Shown: positions 18,679 to 27,727 of the stretch, piece after piece
Layout of the letters: every line of letters starts with the position of its first letter
Position numbering within the stretch: position 1 is the first letter of the stretch
Source: an uncultured Candidatus Peribacteria bacterium
GTDB lineage: Bacteria > Patescibacteriota > Gracilibacteria > UBA1369 > 2-02-FULL-48-14
DNA length: 64,000 nucleotides
Direction of reading: 5' to 3'
NCBI GenBank assembly: GCA_964360635.1
Contig: CAYHXO010000008.1
Location: forward strand, 2,772 to 66,771
Notes under the pieces: generated by a model
The model's input: the letters and a program-made list of their open reading frames with translations, nothing else
Told to the model about the DNA's origin: nothing
Database searches by the model: none
Program-made: the position numbers and the translations under genes

Positions 18679-19611
18679 TTAAGATTTAAAATATTCAATC
18701 GTCTTTTTTAAGCCGCTTTCCAAATCTACTTTTGGTTCAAAACCCAATTCGCTTCGCGCTTTGCTAATATCAGGCTGACGAATTTTTGGGTCATCTTGTG
18801 GTAGTGCTTTATTTACTATAACACTTTTACTATCAGTGAGATCTATAATCAACTCTGCTAATTCTAAGATACTTGTCTCTTTTGGATTACCCAAATTCAC
18901 CGGGCCGGAAAATTTCTCAGCATTCATTACACTTAAAATTCCTTCCACCAAATCGTCGATATAACAGAAGGAGCGAGTTTGCTCTCCATCGCCATAAATT
19001 GTTATTTCCTCGCCAGAGATTGCCTGGCTTACAAAGTTTGGAATAACGCGACCGTCATTAACTCTCATGCGCGGGCCATAAGTGTTAAAAATTCTAAAAA
19101 TTCTAGCATTTACTCCATGAACTTTTTGGTAATTTATAATTAAACTTTCCGCAAATCTTTTCCCTTCATCATAACAACTTCTTGGACCATTTGGGTTCAC
19201 ATTTCCCCAATAATCCTCTTTTTGAGGATGTACTAGCGGATCTCCATAAACTTCTGAAGTCGATGCATGTAAAAACAAAGCTTTATTTTTTCTAGCTAAT
19301 TCAAGAAGATTTTTCGTTCCCATCGCGCTAACCCAAAGTGTTTCAAGTGGAATATTTTGATAATCTACAGGTGAGGCAGGACATGCCATATTGATGATAA
19401 TGTCGAAATTTCCAATTTCAGGAATTATTTCCACAATATCGTGCTCAACAAATTTAAATTTATTATTTCCTGATAAATGCTCAAAATTATTTCTTCGACC
19501 TGTTATCAGGTTATCAATGCCTGTAACATCCATATCTAAAGATAAAAGCTTATCCACTAAATGGCTCCCGATAAAACCTGCACTACCGGCAACTAATACT
19601 TTTTTACTCAT
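18679..19611 (-). CDS. UDP-glucuronate decarboxylase (UDP-xylose synthase-like SDR)
   Basis: 310 aa. VLVAGSAGFIGSHLVDKL, GIDNLITGRRNN, ASTSEVYGDP, YDEGKR. Confidence 0.8.
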   Translation of the reverse strand: MSKKVLVAGSAGFIGSHLVDKLLSLDMDVTGIDNLITGRRNNFEHLSGNNKFKFVEHDIVEIIPEIGNFDIIINMACPASPVDYQNIPLETLWVSAMGTKNLLELARKNKALFLHASTSEVYGDPLVHPQKEDYWGNVNPNGPRSCYDEGKRFAESLIINYQKVHGVNARIFRIFNTYGPRMRVNDGRVIPNFVSQAISGEEITIYGDGEQTRSFCYIDDLVEGILSVMNAEKFSGPVNLGNPKETSILELAELIIDLTDSKSVIVNKALPQDDPKIRQPDISKARSELGFEPKVDLESGLKKTIEYFKS

Positions 19612-19631
19612 TTGTTGTTTTATAACATGAA

Positions 19632-20015
19632 TTAGGCGCGATATACAAATTTCTTATTGAAAGAAAAAGTACAAAAAGTTGTCAAAACTGTAGAAATGAA
19701 AATTGATAACAAATAATAAATAGAGAATAGTGATGTCATTAGGTAAACAAGCGAAGCATTTAAAATGAAAATAACAATATATCCTTTGATAAAAACGAAA
19801 TACTTTTTTAACAAATTCAGTTTTGAGGATTCCTGAAAAGTGAAATATAAATTTCCAAAGAAAAGAAAAGTCCACGTAAACCAAGTCGCAATTAGAAATG
19901 ACCATAAATACCAAATGTTACAAAATTCTTTGAAGAAATAGGTGAATCCTATGTTAATCAAGTAAGCAAAACAGCCAACCAGAATAAATTTTATAAATTT
20001 TAAGTCGATTTGCAT
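19632..20015 (-). CDS. GtrA-family small membrane protein
   Basis: 127 aa with about 4 hydrophobic helices. FIKFILVGCFAYLINIGFTYFF is a GtrA-type N-terminus. Confidence 0.65.
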   Translation of the reverse strand: MQIDLKFIKFILVGCFAYLINIGFTYFFKEFCNIWYLWSFLIATWFTWTFLFFGNLYFTFQESSKLNLLKKYFVFIKGYIVIFILNASLVYLMTSLFSIYYLLSIFISTVLTTFCTFSFNKKFVYRA

Positions 20016-20018
20016 ATT

Positions 20019-20699
20019 TTATTTCTTTCTCACGACACAATACATTACCGCCGCCATTGTGTGAGAATTCGGCCAATGATTAAATATCAAATCCAATAAT
20101 TTAATTGGAAACAATAAGAACATTACAAGGTTTGTTATAAGTGAATTCAACCATAATGAACCAAATGAAAAAATCAGACCAAAGAGATGACAAAGGTAAA
20201 CAGTTAATGCTGAAAAAGGTCCGGCACGTGTGCCGATCTCGACCATCTCAAATTCATTGAATAAAAACTTCAAACCTTCCTTGCTATAACGCTGATAGTC
20301 GCTCGGCGACGAGTGAAATGGATACAAAAATGGAACCGCGATGTAAGCTACACCTCCTTTTTTTAAAATACGTAACATCTCAGCTACAGCTAATTTAGGA
20401 TCTTTAACATGCTCAAGAACATTGTCACAAACAATACGGTCAACACTATCCGATTCAAGTGGGGTTTTGCATATATCTGAAACAACATTTACTCCAGGAT
20501 AATTATATAAATCAACATTTTTTACAGCAGTCCCTAAGATACGAGGCCCTGAGCCAAGATTCACGATCTCACCATCAGACTTATATTTCTTCAAAAAACT
20601 TCTTGAAGATAATCCACAAAACATCATCGGTCCAAATACTTCTCCAATAAAAAAATATGTCTTCGGCCATCTCTTAAAATATTCTCTAACATCACTCAT
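20019..20699 (-). CDS. SAM methyltransferase with hydrophobic C-terminal tail
   Basis: 226 aa. IVNLGSGPR, VCDNVLEHVKDP, AVPFLYPFHSSPSDYQRYS. The last 70 aa or so are hydrophobic. Confidence 0.65.
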   Translation of the reverse strand: MSDVREYFKRWPKTYFFIGEVFGPMMFCGLSSRSFLKKYKSDGEIVNLGSGPRILGTAVKNVDLYNYPGVNVVSDICKTPLESDSVDRIVCDNVLEHVKDPKLAVAEMLRILKKGGVAYIAVPFLYPFHSSPSDYQRYSKEGLKFLFNEFEMVEIGTRAGPFSALTVYLCHLFGLIFSFGSLWLNSLITNLVMFLLFPIKLLDLIFNHWPNSHTMAAVMYCVVRKK

Positions 20700-21463
20700 G
20701 ATTTTATTGCAGTTAAAATCCAGCCAGATTGATTTTTTGGAGCAAGAACTTCGACATTGTGGACATCAAGTCCATTTAACAAAGCTTTAACTTCATCTTT
20801 TCTCCAGTAATTAGCAACCTCAGGAATCAGTTGATCAAATACAATGCTGTGAATGTGCCAAAAATCGAAAGTCGAAAGCTGTTTAAGATAAAGCGATGGC
20901 CCTTTAAAAATTTTTACAAATAAATAAAGTGGAGTTGAACAAAAGTAGCTTAAGAAATGTACCAAGCCAAGTGGCAGTTTCGAAGTGATATTCTTCCTAA
21001 TTGGATTAACAAATTTTACTATCCATTCATTTCCTTCATAGCCATAAACCCAAATCAAAATACGGCCATTTTGCTTAAGTGATTTCACAATATTTTTTAA
21101 AGCTAAAATCGGATCTTTTAAATGATGAATCACTCCAATACTAAAAGCTAAATCAAATTTATTTTCCCAATCAATCTCATAAATACTTTTTAAACTTACA
21201 TCAGAATTTTTGAATTCACTAAGAGTTTCTTTCGCTTTATCTACTGATCTTTTATCTAAGTCAAAGGCAGTCAAACTATTTGCTCCATATTTTAATGCCC
21301 AGTAACTATTTCTTCCCATTCCACAACCGGCATCAAGTATATCTTTATTTTTGAAATCAGATTCCAAAAGCGGTCCAGTCCAATTTTTGAACTGATCTTC
21401 ATACTTCGGGTCCATAAAAGAATATTTATCCCATTCGTAGCCAAATCTTTCGCTTGAAGCCAT
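20696..21463 (-). CDS. Class I SAM methyltransferase
   Basis: 255 aa. ILDAGCGMGRNS and FSIGVIHHLKDP. Confidence 0.75.
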   Translation of the reverse strand: MASSERFGYEWDKYSFMDPKYEDQFKNWTGPLLESDFKNKDILDAGCGMGRNSYWALKYGANSLTAFDLDKRSVDKAKETLSEFKNSDVSLKSIYEIDWENKFDLAFSIGVIHHLKDPILALKNIVKSLKQNGRILIWVYGYEGNEWIVKFVNPIRKNITSKLPLGLVHFLSYFCSTPLYLFVKIFKGPSLYLKQLSTFDFWHIHSIVFDQLIPEVANYWRKDEVKALLNGLDVHNVEVLAPKNQSGWILTAIKS

Positions 21464-21464
21464 T

Positions 21465-22031
21465 TTATTTTGTACATTTAAAATTAAATTCTATCTCCTC
21501 AAAACCTCCAACCCAGAATGCCCAAATTCTACTGCAGAAAGCAGGGCTTAAATTTGCAAAAAAAGATATAATTTTGTTCATTATATTAATTATGAAACGT
21601 GCAATTACACCATATCCAAGATATTTCAGAAGATGTACGTGTGCTGCCCAATGTAACTCCATTTTTTCTAGCTTATATCCAACTCCAAAATAGCCCGAAC
21701 TAGTGAAGGATTTATTGAAATAAAGTGGGAAAGTTACATCAAAACCATGTGCATGTTCGGCATGTGTGAATCCCCTAGTAAAATGTGGAACTTTAATTAA
21801 AAGCTTTCCATCCGGTTTCAAAATTCTATGCAATTCTTTCATAACAGAAAAAGGTCTATCAAGATGCTCAAGAACATGTACAGCTTCAACTAAATCAAAA
21901 GTATTATCTTCAAATGGATAAGGCATAACATTCAAATCATGCGCAACATCAGGATTCGAGAGTGGATTCCAATCAACATTCACATAGCCCTCTTTTCTAA
22001 ATTCACCCGACCCAAAGTTTAGTTTTTGCAT
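21465..22031 (-). CDS. SAM methyltransferase (Methyltransf_11-like)
   Basis: 188 aa. KLNFGSGEF, EAVHVLEHLDRP, hydrophobic tail. Confidence 0.65.
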   Translation of the reverse strand: MQKLNFGSGEFRKEGYVNVDWNPLSNPDVAHDLNVMPYPFEDNTFDLVEAVHVLEHLDRPFSVMKELHRILKPDGKLLIKVPHFTRGFTHAEHAHGFDVTFPLYFNKSFTSSGYFGVGYKLEKMELHWAAHVHLLKYLGYGVIARFIINIMNKIISFFANLSPAFCSRIWAFWVGGFEEIEFNFKCTK

Positions 22032-22049
22032 ATTTAATGTCTATATTGT

Positions 22050-22064
22050 AAGCTTTCAAAGCTT
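22050..22064. promoter_or_regulatory. Perfect inverted repeat AAGCTTT-C-AAAGCTT in a 72-nt divergent intergenic region
   Basis: Read directly from the sequence. It lies between the divergent methyltransferase (start 22031) and GT2 (start 22104) genes. Confidence 0.25.
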
Positions 22065-22103
22065 GAAAATCATACATATTCTACTTCTAATAAACAAATA
22101 GTT

Positions 22104-23045
22104 TTGAAATTATCGCTCATTACACCGATATATAATGAATCAAAAAATTTAAGACCATTATTTTCCGAATTAAAAAAGGTTTTAGGAGAACTTAAGTATG
22201 ATTATGAAATTATTGCCGTAAACGACGGATCTTCCGACGATTCTTTTGAAATATTAAAAGAATTATCTCATGACTCTCATGTGAAAGTAATAAATTTCTC
22301 AATGAATTATGGCCAAACTGCCGCACTTTTAGCTGGAATTGACAATGCACAAGGAGATATTATTGTAAGTATTGATAGTGATCTTGAAAATGATGCGAAT
22401 GATATTCCAAAAATGATTGAAAAAATTAATGAGGGTTATGATGTTGTTTCGGGTTGGAGAAGAAGGCGCTGGAAGGGGAAATGGATTACTAGAAAATTAC
22501 CTTCAATTTGCGCAAACTGGCTAATTTCTAAAATAACGGGCCTAAAATTGCATGATTATGGCTGCATTCTAAAAGCCTACAAAAGAGAGTCGATTTCAGG
22601 TGTAAAATTATACGGAGAGATGCACAGGTTTATAGCAAGTTATGCACTTTTATCCGGAGCAAAAATAACAGAAATCGAAGTGAACTACCGGACTAGATTA
22701 CACGGTAAAAGCAATTACGGACTTTCCAGGATTTTCAGAGTACTTTTGGACCTAGTTGTTGTTAAATTCTTACATAAATACATGGATAAACCCATGCATT
22801 TTTTTGGAGGCATCGGATTCCTCACCTTATTTTTTGGGATTTTAGCTGGAATGGCAGCCGTTGCTTTAAGGATTTTTGGAGTTGTTGATCTTGTTGAAAC
22901 TCCGCTCCCAATATTTTCCGCTCTGCTCATAATAGTTGGTGTGCAATTTATATTGATGGGAATTTTAGCAGAAATGCTTATGCGGATTTATTATGAATCT
23001 CAAGATAAAAAACCATATCGCATCAGAGAAAAAATTAACTGTTAA
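22104..23045 (+). CDS. GT2 polyprenyl-phosphate glycosyltransferase (ArnC/GtrB type, membrane-anchored)
   Basis: 313 aa, TTG start. LSLITPIYNE, IIAVNDGSSDDS, SIDSDLEND (DxD) and two C-terminal hydrophobic helices. Confidence 0.8.
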   Translation: MKLSLITPIYNESKNLRPLFSELKKVLGELKYDYEIIAVNDGSSDDSFEILKELSHDSHVKVINFSMNYGQTAALLAGIDNAQGDIIVSIDSDLENDANDIPKMIEKINEGYDVVSGWRRRRWKGKWITRKLPSICANWLISKITGLKLHDYGCILKAYKRESISGVKLYGEMHRFIASYALLSGAKITEIEVNYRTRLHGKSNYGLSRIFRVLLDLVVVKFLHKYMDKPMHFFGGIGFLTLFFGILAGMAAVALRIFGVVDLVETPLPIFSALLIIVGVQFILMGILAEMLMRIYYESQDKKPYRIREKINC

Positions 23046-23047
23046 AT

Positions 23048-24907
23048 ATGTGCGGCTTAGCAGGTTTTATCGGTGATGGAAATGAGGCAGATTTAAAAAA
23101 TATGATTGAGGCAATTCGTCACAGAGGACCTGATTCTCAAGGTATATTTTTTGAAAATAAAGTTGCCTTCGGACACGCAAGATTAAGTATTCTAGACACT
23201 AGCTCAGCCGGAAATCAGCCAATGTTTAGTGATGATAAAAGTATAGTCACTGTTTTTAATGGCGAAATTTATAATTTTTTACAATTACGAAAAGATCTCG
23301 AATTTATCGGCTACAAATTTAAAAGTGATTCAGATACTGAAGTGCTTTTGGCCGCTTATAAAGAATTCGGTGAATATTGTTTTGAAAAATTTGAAGGTAT
23401 GTTTGCAATCGCAATATATGATTTTAAAGAGGAAAAATTGATTTTAGCCAGAGATAGGATGGGTGAAAAACCACTTTATTGGACACTCATTAACAAAACT
23501 TTTATTTTTGGATCTGAACTAGCTGCGCTTATAAAACATCCGCTTTTTAAGAAAGAAATAAATTTGAATTCATTAAGCAAATATTTTTCTTTTGACTATA
23601 TCCCAACTCCTCATACGATTTACAAGAATACTTACAAACTTGAACCTGGAACTTGTTTGATTTTCAAAAATGCTGAAATATCAAAAAAAATATTTTATAA
23701 AATGAGCTTTGAAAATAATGGCCTTAATTTCACAGATGCAGTTAAACAACTCGATGAAAATTTCAATGAAATAACAAAAAGAACTTTATTATCAGATGTT
23801 CCACTTGGAGTTTTTCTAAGTGGTGGAATTGATAGCTCAACCGTTGCTTATTATGCTGCAAAAAATAGTAATTCTAAAATAAATACTTATTCAATTGGCT
23901 TTGAAGAGAAATCTTTTGACGAATCAAAATATGCACTAAAAGTGGCAAAATATCTTGGCACGAATCATCATGTAAAAATTGTGAAACAATCTGAAATAAT
24001 AGTCATCGCAAAAAATTTAGGCAATATTCTTGACGAGCCACTGGCAGATGCATCAATAATCCCTACTTATATTCTTTCAAAATTTGCACGTGAGGAGCTT
24101 ACTGTGGCGCTTGGTGGTGATGGCGGTGATGAACTTTTTGCAGGATATCCAACTTTTCAGGCGGAAAAGTTCGTGGACTTATATTTAAAGTTGCCATCTG
24201 TCATTAGAATTATTTTTGAAAAATTAATCAAAAAACTACCGGTGTCCGATAAAAATTTCAGCCTAGAATTTAAATTAAAAAAATTTATTGATGGAGTGAA
24301 ATCTGATAAAAAATATATGCACCAAAATTGGCTTGGAAATTTCACAAAAGAAGAAAAATCAGAATTATTTTTACCGCATATCTGGAATCAAATAAAAGAT
24401 TCTAATGATTTTGAAGATATTGATCGGCATATTAACGAAAATAAAATCACAGATATCCGTCAACAATCACTTTATCTTTACATGAAAACATATTTGACAG
24501 ATCAAGTACTGGTTAAAGTTGATCGCGCAAGTATGAAAAGTTCTTTAGAGGTAAGAGCGCCATTTTTAAATCACTCACTTGTGGATTTTGTGAACGCACT
24601 GCCATATAAATTTAAATTTCATGGCGTCACAGGAAAATATATTTTAAAAAAAATGATGAAAGGTAAGCTCCCATCTTCAATTATAAATAGAAAGAAAAAA
24701 GGCTTTGGTATCCCACTTGCAAAGTGGCTTAGAGAAGATCTTAAAGATTTTTGCGAAACGGTACTTTCAAAAGAGAATATTGAAATGGGAGGATTTTTTA
24801 ATTTCGAATTGATTAGTAAATTAAAAGAAGAACATTTTAATAAAGAAAAAGATCACCGCAGGAAGCTTTGGTCATTAATCATTTTCCAAATATGGTTGCA
24901 AAAATAA
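23048..24907 (+). CDS. AsnB-family glutamine-dependent amidotransferase (asparagine synthase fold), copy 1
   Basis: 619 aa. MCGLAGF (Ntn Cys2), GEIYNF, DSDTEVLL, PP-loop FLSGGIDSSTVA. Starts 3 nt after the GT2 stop. Confidence 0.85.
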   Translation: MCGLAGFIGDGNEADLKNMIEAIRHRGPDSQGIFFENKVAFGHARLSILDTSSAGNQPMFSDDKSIVTVFNGEIYNFLQLRKDLEFIGYKFKSDSDTEVLLAAYKEFGEYCFEKFEGMFAIAIYDFKEEKLILARDRMGEKPLYWTLINKTFIFGSELAALIKHPLFKKEINLNSLSKYFSFDYIPTPHTIYKNTYKLEPGTCLIFKNAEISKKIFYKMSFENNGLNFTDAVKQLDENFNEITKRTLLSDVPLGVFLSGGIDSSTVAYYAAKNSNSKINTYSIGFEEKSFDESKYALKVAKYLGTNHHVKIVKQSEIIVIAKNLGNILDEPLADASIIPTYILSKFAREELTVALGGDGGDELFAGYPTFQAEKFVDLYLKLPSVIRIIFEKLIKKLPVSDKNFSLEFKLKKFIDGVKSDKKYMHQNWLGNFTKEEKSELFLPHIWNQIKDSNDFEDIDRHINENKITDIRQQSLYLYMKTYLTDQVLVKVDRASMKSSLEVRAPFLNHSLVDFVNALPYKFKFHGVTGKYILKKMMKGKLPSSIINRKKKGFGIPLAKWLREDLKDFCETVLSKENIEMGGFFNFELISKLKEEHFNKEKDHRRKLWSLIIFQIWLQK

Positions 24908-26448
24908 AATCAGCTTTTACATGGGTCCAAGCAAATTATATGGCCTGTTTTTTCGCGATTTTTGTTGGAATCGTTATGCTTGCTCCACAAATTATTTTTA
25001 TTATAGAATCCGGCGATTTATATCAAGGAATTTATATTTTAGAGAGCGATGCTGAAGTACATTACCTTGCTAGAATCAAAGAATTTGTTGATGGCAACGG
25101 GCCTGGAAATCCATACATTTATGATTTTAAAAACAATGTCCCAACTACTTTTTTTACATATAGCGAGTGGATACTTGCACTTCCATCTATTGCATTAGGT
25201 GTATCTGTTCCAAATATGAATCTAATATACAAATTCATCCTGCCTGCTTTATTATCGCTCATTATTTATTGGTTTTTAATCCGACTTGAATTCAAGAAGG
25301 GATACGCATTGGCTGGTGTATCAATGATTATGTTTGGCAACGCGATGTTCTATCCGGAAAGTCTATCGGCATTTTTAAGATTAGATCCTATTTTCACTCA
25401 ATTTTCACTCTTCGCACGTCCTGTTAATCCCGAACTGAGTTCAATTTTTTTCTTTGTATATCTTCATATTCTTTTGTCATCGTTACAACAAAAAAGCTGG
25501 AAATGGATAATCGCGCTTGGAATCTTATTCGGAACTACATTTTATATATATTTCTATACTTTCACTTTTCTTATTGCATTAAATGTTACATTTATTGGGA
25601 TTCTATCGATTTCAAAACAGTACAGTCAAGCGCTTAAAATAAGCACGGCAACATTTATCGGATTTCTGATTGGAGTGCCTGTAATAAATGAGCTTATTCA
25701 GTTAAACAGCCATCCATATTTTATTGAACTAAGTCGAGCACTTTCAGTTACAAATTCACGTTTACCGGTTATTGGTATCACTCATATTATTTTGTATATT
25801 ATTTTTCTCATCTACTTCAAAAAAACCGAAAAAACACCTCAACTTTATTTATTACTGGCTGTATTCACTGCCGGATTTGTTGCGACAAATCAGCAAATTA
25901 TTACAGGAAGAGTGATGCATGAGGGACATTATCTTTGGTATTTTATTAGTCCTATTGTATGTGTAATTTTTCTAACAATCATACAAGCTTTTTTAAAAAA
26001 AAGATGGAAAATTATTAGTAATACATTAATATTTAGCTTAATCATTACACCTATTTTATTTAGTATATTTACTCAATATTCATCTTATAAATATTGGGTA
26101 AAAGAATATCAATCACATCAAGTATATGGGCCTATTCTTGCGTGGATAAATGAAAATACTCCTCAGGAATCCGTTATCATGGCAAACGATGCACTTTCAA
26201 ATTTAATACCAATTTATACGGGTGCAAATGTTGTATGGCAACGCTATGCTGATACTTATTTAATGGAATTCAATAGGTTATATCTAAATCCCGAACGTTT
26301 GCTGGAAAATGATCTAATAAGCGACTACCGCCTAGATTATTTAATTTGGGATAAAGAGATAAATGCAGATTGGACTATTCCTAAATCCGGATTAGATCTT
26401 CTCTTCAAAAATGATAGATTTGAGATATATTCAATTGCAAATAAATAG
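24868..26448 (+). CDS. Large polytopic membrane protein, putative GT-C-fold glycosyltransferase
   Basis: 526 aa with at least 10 hydrophobic segments. Acidic first-loop motif ESDAEVHYLARIKEF and a soluble C-terminal region of about 100 aa. The start may be 24892 (MVAKIK). Either start overlaps the AsnB-like gene end. The GT-C call is inference. Confidence 0.5.
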   Translation: MVINHFPNMVAKIKSAFTWVQANYMACFFAIFVGIVMLAPQIIFIIESGDLYQGIYILESDAEVHYLARIKEFVDGNGPGNPYIYDFKNNVPTTFFTYSEWILALPSIALGVSVPNMNLIYKFILPALLSLIIYWFLIRLEFKKGYALAGVSMIMFGNAMFYPESLSAFLRLDPIFTQFSLFARPVNPELSSIFFFVYLHILLSSLQQKSWKWIIALGILFGTTFYIYFYTFTFLIALNVTFIGILSISKQYSQALKISTATFIGFLIGVPVINELIQLNSHPYFIELSRALSVTNSRLPVIGITHIILYIIFLIYFKKTEKTPQLYLLLAVFTAGFVATNQQIITGRVMHEGHYLWYFISPIVCVIFLTIIQAFLKKRWKIISNTLIFSLIITPILFSIFTQYSSYKYWVKEYQSHQVYGPILAWINENTPQESVIMANDALSNLIPIYTGANVVWQRYADTYLMEFNRLYLNPERLLENDLISDYRLDYLIWDKEINADWTIPKSGLDLLFKNDRFEIYSIANK

Positions 26449-26509
26449 TTCTGTTTAAAGTTAAAGGAATTTATTTTGAAAATAATTAAAAGTCGTCTAC
26501 ACTCATCCC

Positions 26510-27727
26510 ATGAATCAAAAGGCTATCAAATACGATGTATGTATAATCGGCGGTGCTGGGCATGTTGGACTTCCATTGGCAGTTGCTTTTGCGTGTAGCG
26601 GATTGAAAACACTTATTCTAGACATAAATCGTGATACTCTCGAGAAAATATCATCAGGGGTATTTCCTTTCCAGGAAGAAAATGGAGATGAAAAACTTAG
26701 GGAAGCATTAAAAATGGGCAATATTTTTTGTTCAAGTTCTCCTGAAATGATTAGTGAAAGCAAAATTGTAATCTGTATCGTAGGGACGCCGATTGATGAG
26801 TATTTGAACCCTGATTTTAAGGCGATTACAAAAGTTGTAGATGATTATTTCGATCATTTTTTTGATGATCAAATATTTATTTTAAGAAGTACCGTATATC
26901 CACAAACCACCGAGAAAGTTAGAGATATTTTTAAAACACGCGGAAAAAATATAAGAATGGCTTACTGCCCTGAACGTATAGCAGAAGGAAAGGCTTTTAG
27001 TGAATTTGAAAATTTACCTCAAATTGTTTCTGCATTTGATGAAGAAACATTAAATGAAGTTTCAGGATTTTTTAGTAGGATAACTAAAAAAGAAGTTATA
27101 AAACTAAAGCCACTTGAAGCAGAACTTTCAAAGCTATTTACTAACGCATGGAGATACATAACTTTCGCAACTTCAAATCAATTTTACATGATGGCGGAAA
27201 ATTTAAACGCCGACTTTGCTTCAATTTATAAAGCAATTACAAAAGACTACCCAAGAACAAAGGCTATGCCTAGTCCTGGTTTTGCGGCGGGCCCATGCTT
27301 GTTGAAAGATACAATGCAATTGGCTGCCTATAGTAATAATACATTTAGTCTTGGTCAGGCCGCTATGTTGATAAACGAAGGAATGCCAAAATTTGTTATT
27401 GATCATATTAAGAATGAATTAAGGAAAAAAAATCCAAATGAAAGTTTTCATGGTTTGAATATTGGAATTTTGGGAATGTCATTTAAGGCAGGCTCTGATG
27501 ATGCAAGAGATAGTTTATCTTATAAATTAAGGAAAATTGCTAAATTTGAATTCAATAATGTTTTATGCCACGACCCTCTTATCAAAGATGATTCTTTCGT
27601 GGAACTTGAAGTATTACTTGAGCAATCTGATATAATTATTGTAGCGTCTCCTCATGAAGAATATAAACAAATTGAAAAACAAAAATATTCAAGCAAGACT
27701 TTTATTGATATTTGGAATATTTTATGA
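26510..27727 (+). CDS. NDP-sugar dehydrogenase (UDP-glucose/GDP-mannose dehydrogenase family)
   Basis: 405 aa. VCIIGGAGHVGLPLA, catalytic Cys context GFAAGPCLLKD, GMSFKAGSDDARDS. Confidence 0.8.
   Translation: MNQKAIKYDVCIIGGAGHVGLPLAVAFACSGLKTLILDINRDTLEKISSGVFPFQEENGDEKLREALKMGNIFCSSSPEMISESKIVICIVGTPIDEYLNPDFKAITKVVDDYFDHFFDDQIFILRSTVYPQTTEKVRDIFKTRGKNIRMAYCPERIAEGKAFSEFENLPQIVSAFDEETLNEVSGFFSRITKKEVIKLKPLEAELSKLFTNAWRYITFATSNQFYMMAENLNADFASIYKAITKDYPRTKAMPSPGFAAGPCLLKDTMQLAAYSNNTFSLGQAAMLINEGMPKFVIDHIKNELRKKNPNESFHGLNIGILGMSFKAGSDDARDSLSYKLRKIAKFEFNNVLCHDPLIKDDSFVELEVLLEQSDIIIVASPHEEYKQIEKQKYSSKTFIDIWNIL

Noticed and set aside
23048-24907. The AsnB homologs as ordinary housekeeping asparagine synthetases
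   Set aside because: This cannot be excluded from sequence alone. However, there are two diverged copies, and each is translationally coupled between a GT2 and a polytopic membrane protein. That favours a glycan-related role.
18679-26448. An Arn-like (L-Ara4N lipid A modification) pathway: ugd, a decarboxylase, DegT, an ArnC-like GT2, a deacetylase, small membrane proteins and a GT-C enzyme are all present in the window
   Set aside because: The decarboxylase is a plain UXS-type SDR, not an ArnA-type enzyme. No formyltransferase domain is present. The pieces are scattered across different operons. The resemblance shows shared logic rather than an orthologous pathway.
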